A stretch of 62,973 nt of DNA, the filler included, from Lenisia limosa (taxonomy: Eukaryota > Protista > Breviatea): the NCBI GenBank assembly GCA_001655205.1. It is 17 parts of 17 records of this genome, joined end to end, with 100 filler letters (N's around TTAATTAATTAA, not from the genome) between each part and the next. Parts side by side here need not be neighbours in the genome. Positions count along the whole stretch, not along the records: positions 24,520 to 26,614 come from LPNZ01008503.1; positions 26,715 to 33,993 come from LPNZ01007806.1; positions 34,094 to 37,281 come from LPNZ01004578.1; positions 37,382 to 41,501 come from LPNZ01002350.1; 13 more parts are not named here. One strand, written 5' to 3'. The notes under the pieces are model-generated. The model did no database searches. It was not told the origin of the DNA and was given only the letters and a program-made list of their open reading frames with translations. The translations under genes and the position numbers were made by a program. The first letter of the stretch is position 1, and each line of letters opens with the position of its first letter. Shown piece by piece: positions 24,420-37,440 of this stretch.

Positions 24420-24619
24420 NNNNNNNNNNNNNNNNNNNNNNNNNNNNNNNNNNNNNNNNNNNNTTAATTAATTAANNNNNNNNNNNNNNNNNNNNNNNNN
24501 NNNNNNNNNNNNNNNNNNNAGAGTGAGGTAAAAATAGAAAACAACAAGCACAAATCAACTCTTTGGCTGACACCACACGAGGGTTGGAAACAAACAAAAC
24601 AATAAGCCCAGCCCCCCAC

Positions 24620-26199
24620 CAGGTCAGGGAAGGGGATCTCTTTGCCCTCTTTCTCAGCATCTTCATTGGCAAGGAACTTAGCGCAATGCTCAATATCGCC
24701 TGTTATGGTAAGTTCACTCTCCGCTTATGGAAACTAGAATTTCCTTTCATATTGTTTCATGGAATGCACGTTATCTTACTCAACATGCATGTATGGTAAA
24801 TAATAAGAAACATTTTCATGTAACACAACTATAATACCATATAAACCCATATGGCAAGTTCCATATTTGGCAATTTAGCAAACCAGGTCTGATCTCGTCA
24901 TTGGACATAAGCTCAGGGTGGTCCTCACGTATCAAACGTCCGGCTTGCCACACATATGCCTAGGAAGTGAAAATCTACGAATGAAACAAAATAGCCCTAA
25001 AAACACAAGGGGGTTGAAAACAAAAGTGAAACTAAAAAAAATTCCACAATCAACTCTGTCGCCTAGTAACATACGAGGGNNNNNNNNNNNNNNNNNNNNN
25101 NNNNNNNNNNNNNNNNNNNNNNNNNNNNNNNNNNNNNNNNNNNNNNNNNNNNNNNNNNNNNNNNNNNNNNNNNTTCCTCAAGCCCTCCTACTGGGTTGTT
25201 GAGGCAGCTGTATTCCTCTTCAATCATATTTTCGGGATCAACATCCACGAGTACTTTCTACGAGGATTAATCGGTACAAAATGTAGAAAGATGATGAAGA
25301 GAAGGGGGGAGGGGTGTAAAACGAAGGAAATTTTGATGAAGAATATTGGCGTGAAGATACATCTGAAACTCCTCACAAAAAAAAACAAGCAATAACAAAC
25401 ACGAGCAACCAACACTAAAACTAGACGATGATGATAATGACGAGAAGAAGAAGAAGAAGAAGAAGAAGAAGAAGAAGAAGATGATGATGATGAATGAAGA
25501 ATGAAGAATGAAGGATGAAGGATGAAGGATGAAGGATGAAGGATGAAGGATGAAGAAGAAGATGATGAAAATGAAGAAGATGAAATAAGAAGACGAAAAA
25601 TAAGAAACATAGAGCCAGCCTTCAAGGATTACTGCATAACGTCTCCTTTGAAATTAGGGGGGGGGGGGNNNNNNNNNNNNNNNNNNNNNNNNNNNNNNNN
25701 NNNNNNNNNNNNNNNNNNNNNNNNNNNNNNNNNNNNNNNNNNNNNNNNNNNNNNNGGCTGTTTGGTGAAAACTGAATGCGGTGTTTAAAAACAAAAAATA
25801 AAAAAAAAGATAAAGGGGAACATATATAGGAGAGCCCGCGGGGGGGACTCAAACTCTGAAAGTTTGACAAACACACAAGTAAGAAACACAAGACCTATAA
25901 ATGATCAAACAAAACACTCCTCCCCTACTATAATTAAATAAATGTCTTATATATAAGTGCGTGGTATGGACGGCTTCGGGAAGATACAAAACTTATTTTT
26001 TTATTTCTCATTGCTATATATCATATAATCAAACATAAGCCCCTTTACCATTACTGTGATCGAACGAGAGGGCCTGGTACATTTCCGAGGCCTGCCACTG
26101 TTCGCGATAATGGTCGGCACGCTCTTTGGGCGTTTCGAAGGTGTCATTAACGAGGTTCGGCCACTTCTTCTCCAACTCAGCCTCGTCAATCTTAAACAT
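24620..26199 (-). CDS. Multi-exon fragment of unknown protein
   Basis: Exons MFKIDEAELEKKWPNLVNDTF..., KVLVDVDPENMIEEEY..., and AYVWQAGRLIREDHPELMSNDEIRP|GDIEHCAKFLANEDAEKEGKEIPFPDL. The last two splice in phase. Confidence 0.6.
25440..25580. repeat. (GAA)n/(GATGAAG)n simple repeat, intronic
   Basis: Visible tandem GAA then 7-bp GATGAAG units; the 7-bp period argues against coding. Confidence 0.9.
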
Positions 26200-27430
26200 C
26201 TGGGGGGGGGGGGGGGNNNNNNNNNNNNNNNNNNNNNNNNNNNNNNNNNNNNNNNNNNNNNNNNNNNNNNNNNNNNNNNNNNNNNNNNNNNNNNNNNNNN
26301 NNNNNNNNNNNNNNNNNNTAAAAAATAAAAAAAAGCCCAAATCAACGCTGCTGGCTGAAATATGGACGGTCCGAAAAAGACTGGCAAATATTGATGTTTA
26401 ATTGTGTGATTCCGACTATTTATGTACTATTAACAAAATATAACAATGAGAAATAAAAAAAATAAGGTTGTATCTAGCCGAAGGCGTCCACACCATCACG
26501 CTTACAAGAGATATTGGATTAAAGTACTATATTAATTCACCTCTATGCAGACAACTTTCTGCGTGCCTCCCCAAAATCCGAAGAAATTATGGGACATCTG
26601 GGGACCACAAACACNNNNNNNNNNNNNNNNNNNNNNNNNNNNNNNNNNNNNNNNNNNNTTAATTAATTAANNNNNNNNNNNNNNNNNNNNNNNNNNNNNN
26701 NNNNNNNNNNNNNNTGTGATTGGTGGTGATTATGGATTAATTTTTTATGTTTGGGGGAAAGAAAGGGTGGAGGGTGAGGGATTATGTTTTGGGCATGTTT
26801 TTATTAGGGAGTGTGTGGGGTGGGGGTCGGAGTATTCCAACGAACTATTTTTGATAGAGTCCATGATATCCTACTAATGAATTATCTCTTGTCCCATGTG
26901 AGCCTTAATTATCTCAAGTCCCTTTCCTAGTAACTATCTTGTCTATTATTTCTAAGTAATTGTTGTCCCTTGTTTTTCTAGTAACTGTCTTGTCACATGT
27001 TTTATTTTTTATTTTCTAGTCCCATGTTTTCCTGCATCCGGCTCACGACATTCCCCTTCTCTCCGCTCAGAAAAACCAAGTACTCTCACAGTGGGTTTGA
27101 GATATAAGTGGGGCTTCACTTCGGTTCCAAAAACGACTGAATTTCTCGATTAATCCTCGAAAACTATCGATATTTTACCAGTTTTTTTTTATCTTCAGTG
27201 AAGCCCAAAATATAAGTCCTAGAATACAACCACTTTCAGTTCAGTCTTTTTGGTACCTAGCATGAAGGAATTGTCGGTGAACCTTTTTTTCAACAGCTTT
27301 ATAATACATATACCCTCTCCCTCATATCTCAAATNNNNNNNNNNNNNNNNNNNNNNNNNNNNNNNNNNNNNNNNNNNNNNNNNNNNNNNNNNNNNNNNNN
27401 NNNNNNNNNNNNNNNNNNNNNNNNNNNNNN

Positions 27431-29181
27431 AAACTTTGTCAGGAATTACGTTTTCACACCCAGGACAAGGAAATACGCAGCCACATCCGTTGAAGAGGTT
27501 AACGGAAATCTTACGGAGGCTGCGTTATCGAAAATTGACCATATTTCCCAAGATGCTCTTGATGGGCTTTCAACGTGTCTTATAATGACAGGGGAATCAG
27601 GTGAGAGGGAAGGGGGATTGTAGTTATTGTATTCACACACAGAGTTGTAAGGCAAATGATTANNNNNNNNNNNNNNNNNNNNNNNNNNNNNTGTGGACGG
27701 CTTCGGTCAGATACAACCTTATTCTTATTTCTCATGCTATATATTATGTACATGATATAGAGTCAATCCACCCTCTTTCCCTATAACGCGAATACAACAC
27801 TTTAAATGCGTAACAGCAGATTTTTCCTCATAGTGTACCTCAGGATTGGGCAAGACGGTGTCACTGTTCTCTCAAAATGGCCTTGTGCAAGGCATTTGTG
27901 CTTCTCTCTGCGGTAAAGGTAGGCGGAAGATGGTTTTAGTGTTATATTTATTATTTTTTTCAATAATTAAGTAATCCTTCCCATCCAGGCTTAACAATAG
28001 AACATATTGTCGATAAATAAATCAAAACGTATTCCTCACCAATTTGCTCCCTTTCCTAGGCTCTACAATTGCCCTCAGCGCTTGTGAGATTGTCAAAGAC
28101 GAAATTATCGATTTGTTCTCCTCTCTGGCCCAATCAGAGGAGCCCCAGAGCCCGGGTAATCTTGTCGGACTCAACATTCGATCCAGTCATGAGTCGAAGT
28201 TAGCCGTAGATTTGGCCACGGCGGCGTCAACAGGGTTCACTACTGGCAATGATGGTGGGTGGGGGTTAAAATATTAAAAGGGAAAGATAGTGGGGAGTGG
28301 AGGGTTATTGTATACCGTATGATATATGATATATGATATACTATGCATGATTGATATAGGGACTATGCATGATATATGATATATGATATCCAGTGACCGG
28401 GATAAGCGATTTTCCTTGGGAAACCAATCACTTAGCAAATCGGGCAAGTCTTATCCCGGTCATTGTTTTTATACATATTATATGATATAATATGATAAAG
28501 TTTATAGATAATGTGATAGGTTGGCGAGGAAAGCAGAATATAATTCTATGAATTGAGACAATTTTCCTTTTTTTTTTTTTTTCTTNNNNNNNNNNNNNNN
28601 NNNNNNNNNNNNNNNNNNNNNNNNNNNNNNNNNNNNNNNNNNNNNNNNNNNNNNNNNNNNNNNNNNNNNNNNNNNNNNNNNNNNNNNNNNNNNNNNNNNN
28701 NNNNNNNNNNNNNNNNNNNNNNNNNAGGGTATCCTTCAGCCATCCACACCACATCAGTCATACTCCTCCGGATATCAGTGTTCCATGCAGCCTCCAACAA
28801 GTTGTCTTCTATTTTTGTTGTGGATCTCCCGGGACTTCCCTCTAATGGTGGGTTTGGTTTTCTGAGAATATGAAAATAGTTCCACAAATACAACACAAAA
28901 GCAGTAGTAATTCCCACTAAATCAGTGTGTTTCCCAAAAGCCAACAGTGTTGATTCTTGGTTTATTTTCTTCAATTNNNNNNNNNNNNNNNNNNNNNNNN
29001 NNNNNNNNNNNNNNNNNNNNNNNNNNNNNNNNNNNNNNNNNNNNNNNNNNNNNNNNNNNNNNNNNNNNNNNNNNNNNNNNNNNNNNNNNNNNNNNNNNNN
29101 NNNNNNNNNNNNNNNNNNNNNNNNNNNNNNNNNNNNNNNNNNNNNTCTGAGAATTCTCCAGCATATGGCAGAGAAGAGAAG
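27431..29181 (+). CDS. Divergent kinesin motor-domain protein (partial)
   Basis: In-phase exons (..27600, 27844-27918, 28060-28254, 28728-28847, ..29181) give DALDGLSTCLIMTGES|GLGKT (P-loop), LSACEIVKDEIIDLF, and IHTTSVILLRI...SSIFVVDLPG (switch II-like). Confidence 0.7.
28391..28465. mobile_element. MITE family D (~78 bp, TIR CAGTGACCGGGATAAGTCTTGACCGATT, TA target)
   Basis: Best copy 42261-42338, flanked by TA on both sides. Others near 24100, 28391, 33615, 36510, 41738, 60135. A CAGT end plus TA target is typical of the pogo/Tc1-mariner superfamily. Confidence 0.88.
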
Positions 29182-29873
29182 GTGGGTAGCAATGGGTTGA
29201 GTTGGGGCTTGACCTCTCTAAGTCTCATTTATGCGTGATTTTGAAATATGTTTCGTGGGTCTCTACCTTCACTCTTGCACCCATCATCCTCTCATTTTCT
29301 CTCTAATTTTTTGTCTGATGTTCGATCGAAACATGTGTGTTAGCAAGAAATAAGATACACGACACAGAACTCGTGATCCTTCTCTTTACTTCTGAACACG
29401 ATTTTACTCCTCTTTGCCAATTTCGGCAGAAGATTATTAGCTTTTTAAATAGAAGTAAAATAAAAGTGAGGAGGGGTGGCACGCAAACCTCGGCAGAGGA
29501 TCATCAGCGTTTTAAATAGAAGCAAAATAAAAGAGAGAGAGAGGGGGGGGGGTGGCACGCAAACCCCGGTGCTATATATTGACTGACACAGTTTGTCTGC
29601 TCTAGCCTCTCATGGCGTTTCTCCACTTTTTGAACAGTCAAGGACCAGCTTAGTTAACGCAAAGTGTTGTTTTCAGATCAAACATCATTGTACTGGGGTA
29701 CATCATTCTCTACAAGTCGGGAAATGCCGATGAGTATTTCGCGCCTTATCAGGTATTAGAATAAGTAACAAACCAAATTGACAATAAGTAACAATTGCAA
29801 TGCTAATAGTTACAATATGAAGTGCCTATTAGCATTGCACTTTCCAGTTGGCAATGAATCAGTAGGTCAACAG

Positions 29874-30064
29874 TAGCAGTGCTGGAAGCAATGAAGGGAA
29901 GAACTCACGTTGTAACTCCCCACTTCCAAAATCCTGATCATCTTGTGTCGTCAATTCAGAGACTTTCTGATTGGGCTACGTGGGCAAATGGGCTGTTGGA
30001 TACGATACTCCACTCACTTGATCACAGAGTTGTTCACGAATTGCGTCGACGAGATATTCTTGAG
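29874..30064 (+). CDS. Probable exon of unknown gene
   Basis: Open, AG/GT-bounded AVLEAMKGRTHVVTPHFQNPDHLVSSIQRLSDWATWANGLLDTILHSLDHRVVHELRRRDILE. The neighbouring exon has a stop. Confidence 0.3.
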
Positions 30065-31152
30065 GTGGTAAATAGACCATCAGAGATATCTACAGTTTGA
30101 CGACACCATATCATGTATTATTGTTAAGGCAGATATTGTGTACTCAAGGCAACCAATCCAGAAATTTTCGCCTCCATTGGGGTTGACCAGACGTTCCTGA
30201 GCGGCCCAAGATAACGCGAGGAAATATTGTTGACTGTAGGGAAATCATGTTATCAGCGTTGTCGTTGCCCGGAAATGAGCTTTGACTGACGACTGTGTGT
30301 CAGAAAGGGTAGAAGGGGGGAGTGTCTGTCACAGGCATCATATGATTACATATCACATTGTCACACATTGCAGCTTTACACAGGCTTTGTCGAGTTTATT
30401 CGACTTTTTTTGACTTTGGAACGAATGGTACTCCCTGAATTGTTAAACTCGAGAGAAGTTTCTGGTGAATATAACAACCCAAAGATGTTTCCATCGTTTA
30501 ACTTTGATGTGCCGTTTTTATTCTTTTAATCACCAACTCTGCTTCGATGCTGTTTTTGCTCTTTAACATTCTTATGGCTTTCATTATTGGCCCCCTCCCC
30601 CTTCTCAATTAATCATTTTGGAAAACCAAAGAATTTTTATAACATTTTGTTATTACCACAAATCCTATCTCAAATCAACGTTTGGTCAAATTGAATGAGA
30701 AATCAATTCTTACCAAAACGTTTACCGATCTAGCGGCTTGGTGACTTCGAGTCGTGACAACACTGTGGCCAGTCTTCTCACCCCAATTATCACCACCAAC
30801 ACCCAGGTTTGCAAATGAGAGACTTCGGAAATTATACTGTGTTCATGAGCGATTTCTTCTGAAACTTGATGTTTAATCTTGTAACTATAGGTAGGCATTT
30901 TTTATTTTTTTGATGAACAAAGTGAGGGAGAAAACGAAAGAGACCCATACCAGAAACGAACCATATTGTTGGTTCGTCTAAAAAACGGGGTGGTATTGTT
31001 TTGCGTTACCAGTTTAAAAATAAAATGTGATAAACGTGATGTTTTTGTTAATCCTAAAACGTAAAGGTCAATTTTGTAACTACAGCCGTTTCACAATAAT
31101 TGTACTCGATTTTGAGACAAGCCCCGTTTTCCAACTGCAAGGGAAGCACCAA

Positions 31153-31349
31153 CAATACTATTAGCCTCATATTTTAGATTGTTCTTGGCACCATCACTAC
31201 TAGCCTCATATTTAGATTGTTCTTGACTCCGTCACCATTAGCCTCATCTTTTAGATTGTTCTTATCAACATCACTACTAGCCTCATCTTTTAGATTGTTC
31301 TTGTCACCAGTACTACTAGCCTCATCTTTTAGATTGTTCTTGTCACCAG
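31153..31349. repeat. Five ~39-bp tandem repeats ending at a splice acceptor
   Basis: Unit (CAG)TACTACTAGCCTCATCTTTTAGATTGTTCTTGTCAC. Confidence 0.9.
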
Positions 31350-31832
31350 TATCTCGGCAGACGCCTCTCCGGTGCTCCAGAACGCATTGCTTTCGGTCGC
31401 TTCGGGGTGAGTACTCATAACATAAATATCATATCACTTTCTGTATCATTTTCACATACGTGTACTACCATTTTTTCACGCACCCCTTATGAAATCCTTC
31501 TGTTGGACTCTTCAAAGGCTACTCGGGCTTGTTTTTGTTTTTGTATTTTTTTTTATCTGGTTTTTGTCAAGTTTTAGCGTTGGTTGCTCGTGTTTGTTAT
31601 TGCTTGTTTTTTTTGTTTTCTGTTTGGAGTTTCTGATTATTTTTTTCGTGATTAGTTCCTTTACGCCAATATAATTCATTGAAATTTCCTTCATTTCCCC
31701 CTCCTCCCCCTCTCCAGAACAACCGGAATTGTTTCGAGTGTAGTGAAGGGGCATGATGCAGGAGCGGACGTTCTTGGCCACCTGGATTCGTGCTCTCTTC
31801 TGAGCATTGACCATCTGCTTCCTGTTCCTGCT
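31350..31832 (+). CDS. Two exons of unknown protein
   Basis: 31350-31406 and 31718-31832 splice in phase 2 to give ISADASPVLQNALLSVASG|TTGIVSSVVKGHDAGADVLGHLDSCSLLSIDHLLPVPA. The donor is GTGAGT. Confidence 0.55.
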
Positions 31833-33277
31833 GTGGGGGGTGGCTATTTTTCGTTAATGTACTTTGGGGCTGGGATTCAGGATATGTCTGTAAATCCTCG
31901 ATACTATCGATATTTTCATGGTTATTGTCGGACACACGTGAAGTATCGGTCACTCCCTTCCATCTGTTCCATGAGGGGGTATATGGATGTCTTGTTTCGA
32001 CATTACTTTGAAAGCTTCAAAAACAGGGGAAAAAATAATCCCATCAACCAAACGCCTCAAAATCACCCATCAATATTGATGTAATAATCTTCATACTTCT
32101 GATCATATGTGATTGTCTTCATACTTCAGGCAACACAGTTTGAGACCTCAATAAAAACAGTCCCGTCAGCCGACCCCTTAAAGCCAAACAGTGGGTGTTG
32201 CTAAATCAACTTTTCAATATTTGACGTTTGTCTGACTTTGAATGTCTATATTTGTACGTTTGAAATTGATTGATATTCTTTGAACTTTTATTTGACCAAC
32301 TTTAATATTGATTAAAAGCATCTTTTCTTCAAATATTCATTTACGTTTGAACACATTTGATAACTTTGAACATAATCATAGAGCTTCAATCCACCCCCCC
32401 CCNNNNNNNNNNNNNNNNNNNNNNNNNNNNNNNNNNNNNNNNNNNNNNNNNNNNNNNNNNNNNNNNNNNNNNNNNNNNCACACGTCCATGCAGAAAACCC
32501 CTGTTAGCAATCCCCCAAAACAACAGGCCGAAACAAGCCCCGAAAAGCCCTCAGCACCACCCTCGCATGTCGACGATATCAGTGAAATTCGCTCGGTTCC
32601 TAATGACTTGCATTCCATTGCTGGAATCAGTAGCTTGTTAGGGGGAAACTTGGCAAGACACCACACCCGCCTTGCTACTAAATATCTTTATAAAGCGCTT
32701 TTGCCCCCTGCAGTAACAAATATACTTTTTAAATGCTGATTTCCTTATATTATTTTCCCAATTATTCACTGCTTTTAGGGATGAGCTTGAGGAGTTTGTC
32801 CACTCCATTATCCACAAAGAGGTGAGAAGCTAATGTCGTGAACTTCCAGCCTTGTTTTGTCACCTTCACTGGTACTTGTAATTTTTTGGCTCCGTGCAAA
32901 TAAGTGAGGAATTAATTTTGATCAACTTGGATTTTTGAAGTGAGATGATATTGTGACCGGATCTCTGTTTCAGCCATTTAAATTCCAAATTTTATCAATT
33001 ATTTTTTTCAAAATCTAATTGTACGGAATTCGAATGTCGTCGTATATATTATTGCTGAGGTATAGTTTATTCTTTTTGAAGCCGTATTATCACCCAGGGA
33101 AAATGGTCAGAATTTCCATACACTATAGTGAGACCCTGAGAAATATATTATGTAACTACATCAGGAAACAAAAGAATATTACATGTACATGTATGTGTTC
33201 ATTTCATGCAAGATCTATATAAACAGAATATTGGTAGACCCTTGCAAAACTCTTATTGAATTTAGAAATTCAACCAG

Positions 33278-33775
33278 TCCCAGAACATCAGCACCACCAA
33301 CACCAACAACACCACGTTGAAGCAACTGGTATGTTTTTGGCTGCTGGTTAAAAGAGTAAATATTTCCCCCTTTCTTATTGTATTCTGCCTACCTCTCCTA
33401 CCATATCTCCATCGGCCTGATGTTATCGTTTATTTCTCATCTCTTCTACAGAATCACTCCGTCCTATCCGAATCAAGCTCGGCATTGAGACGCCCTCTGA
33501 AGGTTGGAACATGTGTGACATATCCTGCTCTTTTTTCTGATATTTTGAGTTCACAATTTCTTCTGATTTTAACTTCAATATCTGTGTATTTTGATGATTT
33601 TTTTTGCAATTATACAGTGATCGGGAAAGTCTTGACCGATTCTCTATGTGATTTCCACGGTCAAGACTTATCGCGGTCGCTGTACTCATATCTCAAATTA
33701 ATCACAGATAGTTATCCCCCCCTTTTTCCCCCCCATTTTTCTCTCACTATCTAGCCTGCCAATTCAATCGCTTCG
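33278..33775 (+). CDS. Small exons of unknown protein
   Basis: PEHQHHQHQQHHVEAT|ESLRPIRIKLGIETPSE|ACQFNRF with phase-compatible GT-AG introns. Confidence 0.4.
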
Positions 33776-34093
33776 GTAAGCCTTTTGCCTAGTTTATGGA
33801 GCTACCAGGAGGGGGTTTGGGTGTTTTGCTCACCTGCTTTACAAGCTTTCCCCTTAGCTTTGTATTTAAACTTTTTACAGCATTGAAACATTAATCTATC
33901 TTTTCATAGTATCCTAAATCACAGCCTTTTAAATTTATTTTTTAATCATGTTATGATCCCAGACCCCCACAAAGAGCTCACCCAAAAAGGGGTNNNNNNN
34001 NNNNNNNNNNNNNNNNNNNNNNNNNNNNNNNNNNNNNTTAATTAATTAANNNNNNNNNNNNNNNNNNNNNNNNNNNNNNNNNNNNNNNNNNNN

Positions 34094-34468
34094 GCTGAGA
34101 AGAAGAGAATTGAAGAAGAAGAAGCTGAAAAGAAGAGAATTGAAGAAGAAGCTCTAAAGAAGAGAATTGAAGAGGAAGCTGAGAAAAAGAGAATTGAAGA
34201 AGAAGCTGAAAAGAAGAGAATTGAAGAAGAAGCTGAAAAGAAGAGAATTGAAGAAGAAGCTGAGAAGAAGAGAATTGAAGAAGAAGCTGAAAAGAAGAGA
34301 ATTGAAGAAGAAGAAGCTGAGAAGAAGAGACTTGAAGAAGAAGCTGAGAAGAAGAGAGTTGAAGAAGAAGCTGAAAAGAAGAGAATTGAAGAAGAGGAAG
34401 CTGAAAAGAAGAGACTTGAAAAAGAAGAAGCTGAGAAGAAGAAGGAAGACGAAATGGAGGAGAAATAA
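34094..34468 (+). CDS. E/K/R-rich C-terminal repeat (AEKKRIEEE)n, single-alpha-helix-like; 5' truncated
   Basis: About 12 units of 27/30 bp, all frame-preserving, ending EDEMEEK*. Length variants are always multiples of 3. Confidence 0.65.
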   Translation, partial: AEKKRIEEEEAEKKRIEEEALKKRIEEEAEKKRIEEEAEKKRIEEEAEKKRIEEEAEKKRIEEEAEKKRIEEEEAEKKRLEEEAEKKRVEEEAEKKRIEEEEAEKKRLEKEEAEKKKEDEMEEK

Positions 34469-35202
34469 GGAATTTTGTGTTATTCATGGTTTTATTTACA
34501 ACTTGATGGAGACAGCTGCCCAAATCAGTTATGTTCGCCAAATAGTACTGAATTAATAATGAGAAAATAATTGTGTTGTTTTTAAGCTTCATTAGTACTC
34601 TCAGTTCCTCAATTCATTTGTATAAAGAGGCGTATGATAGATAATACACCGCTTTGTTATTTTGTTTTTTTACAAAGCAAATTCCCTCCACTTCTCCTCC
34701 AATTATTCACTTGTTAGACCCACCACCCTCCCCTCGAAGAAAGTAAGCGAAATATGTTCACCCATATCGATATCCACTAGTGATATAATCATATGACCGG
34801 CTTTCAAGTCGAAATTGAACAAAGAAAACACGAGGTTTCATTCAATTACCATACGTTTGGATTGTCATATCACTGCGTGGAAAATGACAGGTGCACGTGT
34901 GAAAATGACCCAAAAAGCAATATGAGCTTCATTCCAAGAGATTAGTTTGCTGGAACCGAAAGTGAATCTCAACAAAATCTTTGCTTGGAAGTCACATATA
35001 TACACTACAGCGCATAGGCATAAAAATCACCGAGCGCATTGAAATTCTATGCGATTTTCTCGAAACAGAGTGGTCCATTTATTTTTAGAATGCATCAAAT
35101 ATGGAATTTTAAACCATATAATATGGCAATTCTTTTAACACTCACTTGGACCACAAAATGGACTCTCTCAAAATATATCAGTAGCTAAACCTACAACTAT
35201 TA

Positions 35203-37275
35203 TTAGTTGGTTTTCTTTGCCTCCTTCTCTTCCCTGATTTCCTCCGGGGTTGGAGGGACTACAACAAGAGGTTCATCGCCATCAAACCTAACATGTAAAA
35301 AACGATCTCATATTGATAAACAATCAAAGGTGCAACAGACTGATTGGGTAAAAATAAATTTCTATGTTTGAGTTTCATCATAGAAATAAAAATAGGTGTG
35401 TTTGGCCAATTGCCCACATCATCACACTTAAGAGAGATCACACTTACGAGAGATGTAATACTATTTCACCTAATCATTTGCCTTACAACTCTGTGCACAC
35501 AAATCAGATACTATGAAGATCGACAATATCAACACACAGAGCCCCACCAGTCGTAAATTGACAGGGCAAAGCCAAGGTGAATCCATAAGAAGAGAACCCT
35601 CGCCATTGAAGCATGTCGGGAAGTCTATGGGGGGGGGGGGGNNNNNNNNNNNNNNNNNNNNNNNNNNNNNNNNNNNNNNNNNNNNNNNNNNNNNNNNNNN
35701 NNTTCGATGAGGAAAATTGGCGTAAAGGTAACAAAAGGGTGGGATGCACACGAAGATTAACGCTAATCGCACCACTAACATTCATCGTTTTCATTAGAAC
35801 TTCACTTTTGGTTCCAAAAAAGACTGAATTCTCGATAAATCCTCGATAAATACCGATTTTATCTTTCTTTCGGAACCAAAAGTGAAGCTCTGCTTTTAAT
35901 CAACCCCTCCACCAACATTTGAGATATTGCCCATTTTCCAATGGAGCACATAGAGGAAAGCCACTACAGAGCGTAAAGAAAGAAAAATCTGGTGAGTAGT
36001 TTGCTTCGGCAAATAAACCGAATGTGATTCAATACTATAATCACATCGTCTTGGTAGGATTACCACTATCTACATGGAAACCCACGGGTAAAAAACACCA
36101 CATTGCCCCCGTACGTCCCGTCAATAAGACACTCCTGGTAACAATATGGACGATTTTCTCAAAGCAAATCCCCACTAGGGCCCTACTTCGTTTCGAAAAA
36201 AAAGACTGAATTTATCGATAAATCATTGAAAATTATCGATACTTTTTCGGATCGAAGTGAAGCCCAACCTAAAACCTTCCCCCAACACACAACATACATC
36301 CTCCCCTCCCCACTTATAGCAGCTTGGCTTCCAATAAACAAAGCAGGCTGTCTTGAGCCGAAGAAAATGACAAGAAGAAGCAGGATGGAAGCAAATAGAA
36401 GACACGCTGCAGAGAAGTCGTAGAACATTCGCAGGAAGTCCTGGCCAGCTCTGAAAGTATTATTTTGAATGTACATACATGTACATATGATATATAATAC
36501 ACGTATGTACAGTGACCATAATAAGTCCTGACATGATTGACTAAAGATAATGCTCAATATTCCTGTAAGGACATATTGGGGTGAGGCAAAACATATTTTC
36601 ACTTCGGCTCTATATTAGACCCCCCATTATCATTCTTAAAGCAGGGTAAGATTCAGAAAATTGGCTCGGATTTTCGTTCAATTATCCGATGATTTGCGCA
36701 TATTGAACGTGATTTTCACCAAATCTTGGAGTCTTTCAAACTGAAGTAACGGGAAGTTATTAACAAAAAAGTAATTCGTTTCAGAATTACCACCCTTCTT
36801 TAATACCCCTACCCATTAGCGTCGCTGAAGAAAGATGAAAGCTGTTGCTTTGACTGCAAGCCAAACATTTCCGCATTAGCTTCCCAATCGATCATCCATG
36901 GCTAGGGGGGGGGGGGNNNNNNNNNNNNNNNNNNNNNNNNNNNNNNNNNNNNNNNNNNNNNNNNNNNNNNNNNNNNNNNNNNNNNNNNNNNNNNNNNNNN
37001 NNNNNNNNNNNGTGGCTGATAACACACGAGGTTGAGAACAAAACAAACGAAGCCCGGTCAATAATAATTACATTTATTGCACCAAATACAAATCACACAA
37101 GTCCCTCTGTCGGTTCTATTAGTACCGAATTTCTCGATAAATCCTCGAAAACTACCGATGAGTCCGCTACGTACCTCCGGGGACATGAGAAAAGAAACCG
37201 ACAGTAAAATTCCGACTGATGCAGCAAAAAAGACGGCAGAGCCTGAAATGAAGCGGATAGCCTTCATACTGAGCC
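35203..37275 (-). CDS. Multi-pass membrane protein, unknown family
   Basis: Hydrophobic exons MKAIRFISGSAVFFAASVGILLSVSFLMSPE, ACLLFASILLLLVIFFG, VVAFLYVLHW..|VVRLALIFVCIPPFCYLY, and RVLFLWIHLGFALSIYDW|FDGDEPLVVVPPTPEEIREEKEAKKTN*. Confidence 0.6.
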
Positions 37276-37440
37276 CTGGGGNNNNNNNNNNNNNNNNNNN
37301 NNNNNNNNNNNNNNNNNNNNNNNNNTTAATTAATTAANNNNNNNNNNNNNNNNNNNNNNNNNNNNNNNNNNNNNNNNNNNNGTGATATGACTTATATATA
37401 ATATATAACAGTAAAAAACATCACTCAAGCCTTTCCTTAC

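Noticed and set aside
31153-31349. CRISPR-like array (also 51631 and 62841)
   Set aside because: These are contiguous tandem units with no unique spacers and no cas genes, in a eukaryotic context.
34038-34592. ORF-track products in other frames of the KE repeat (poly-LLQFSS on -, poly-KR on +)
   Set aside because: They are shadow frames of the AEKKRIEEE repeat.
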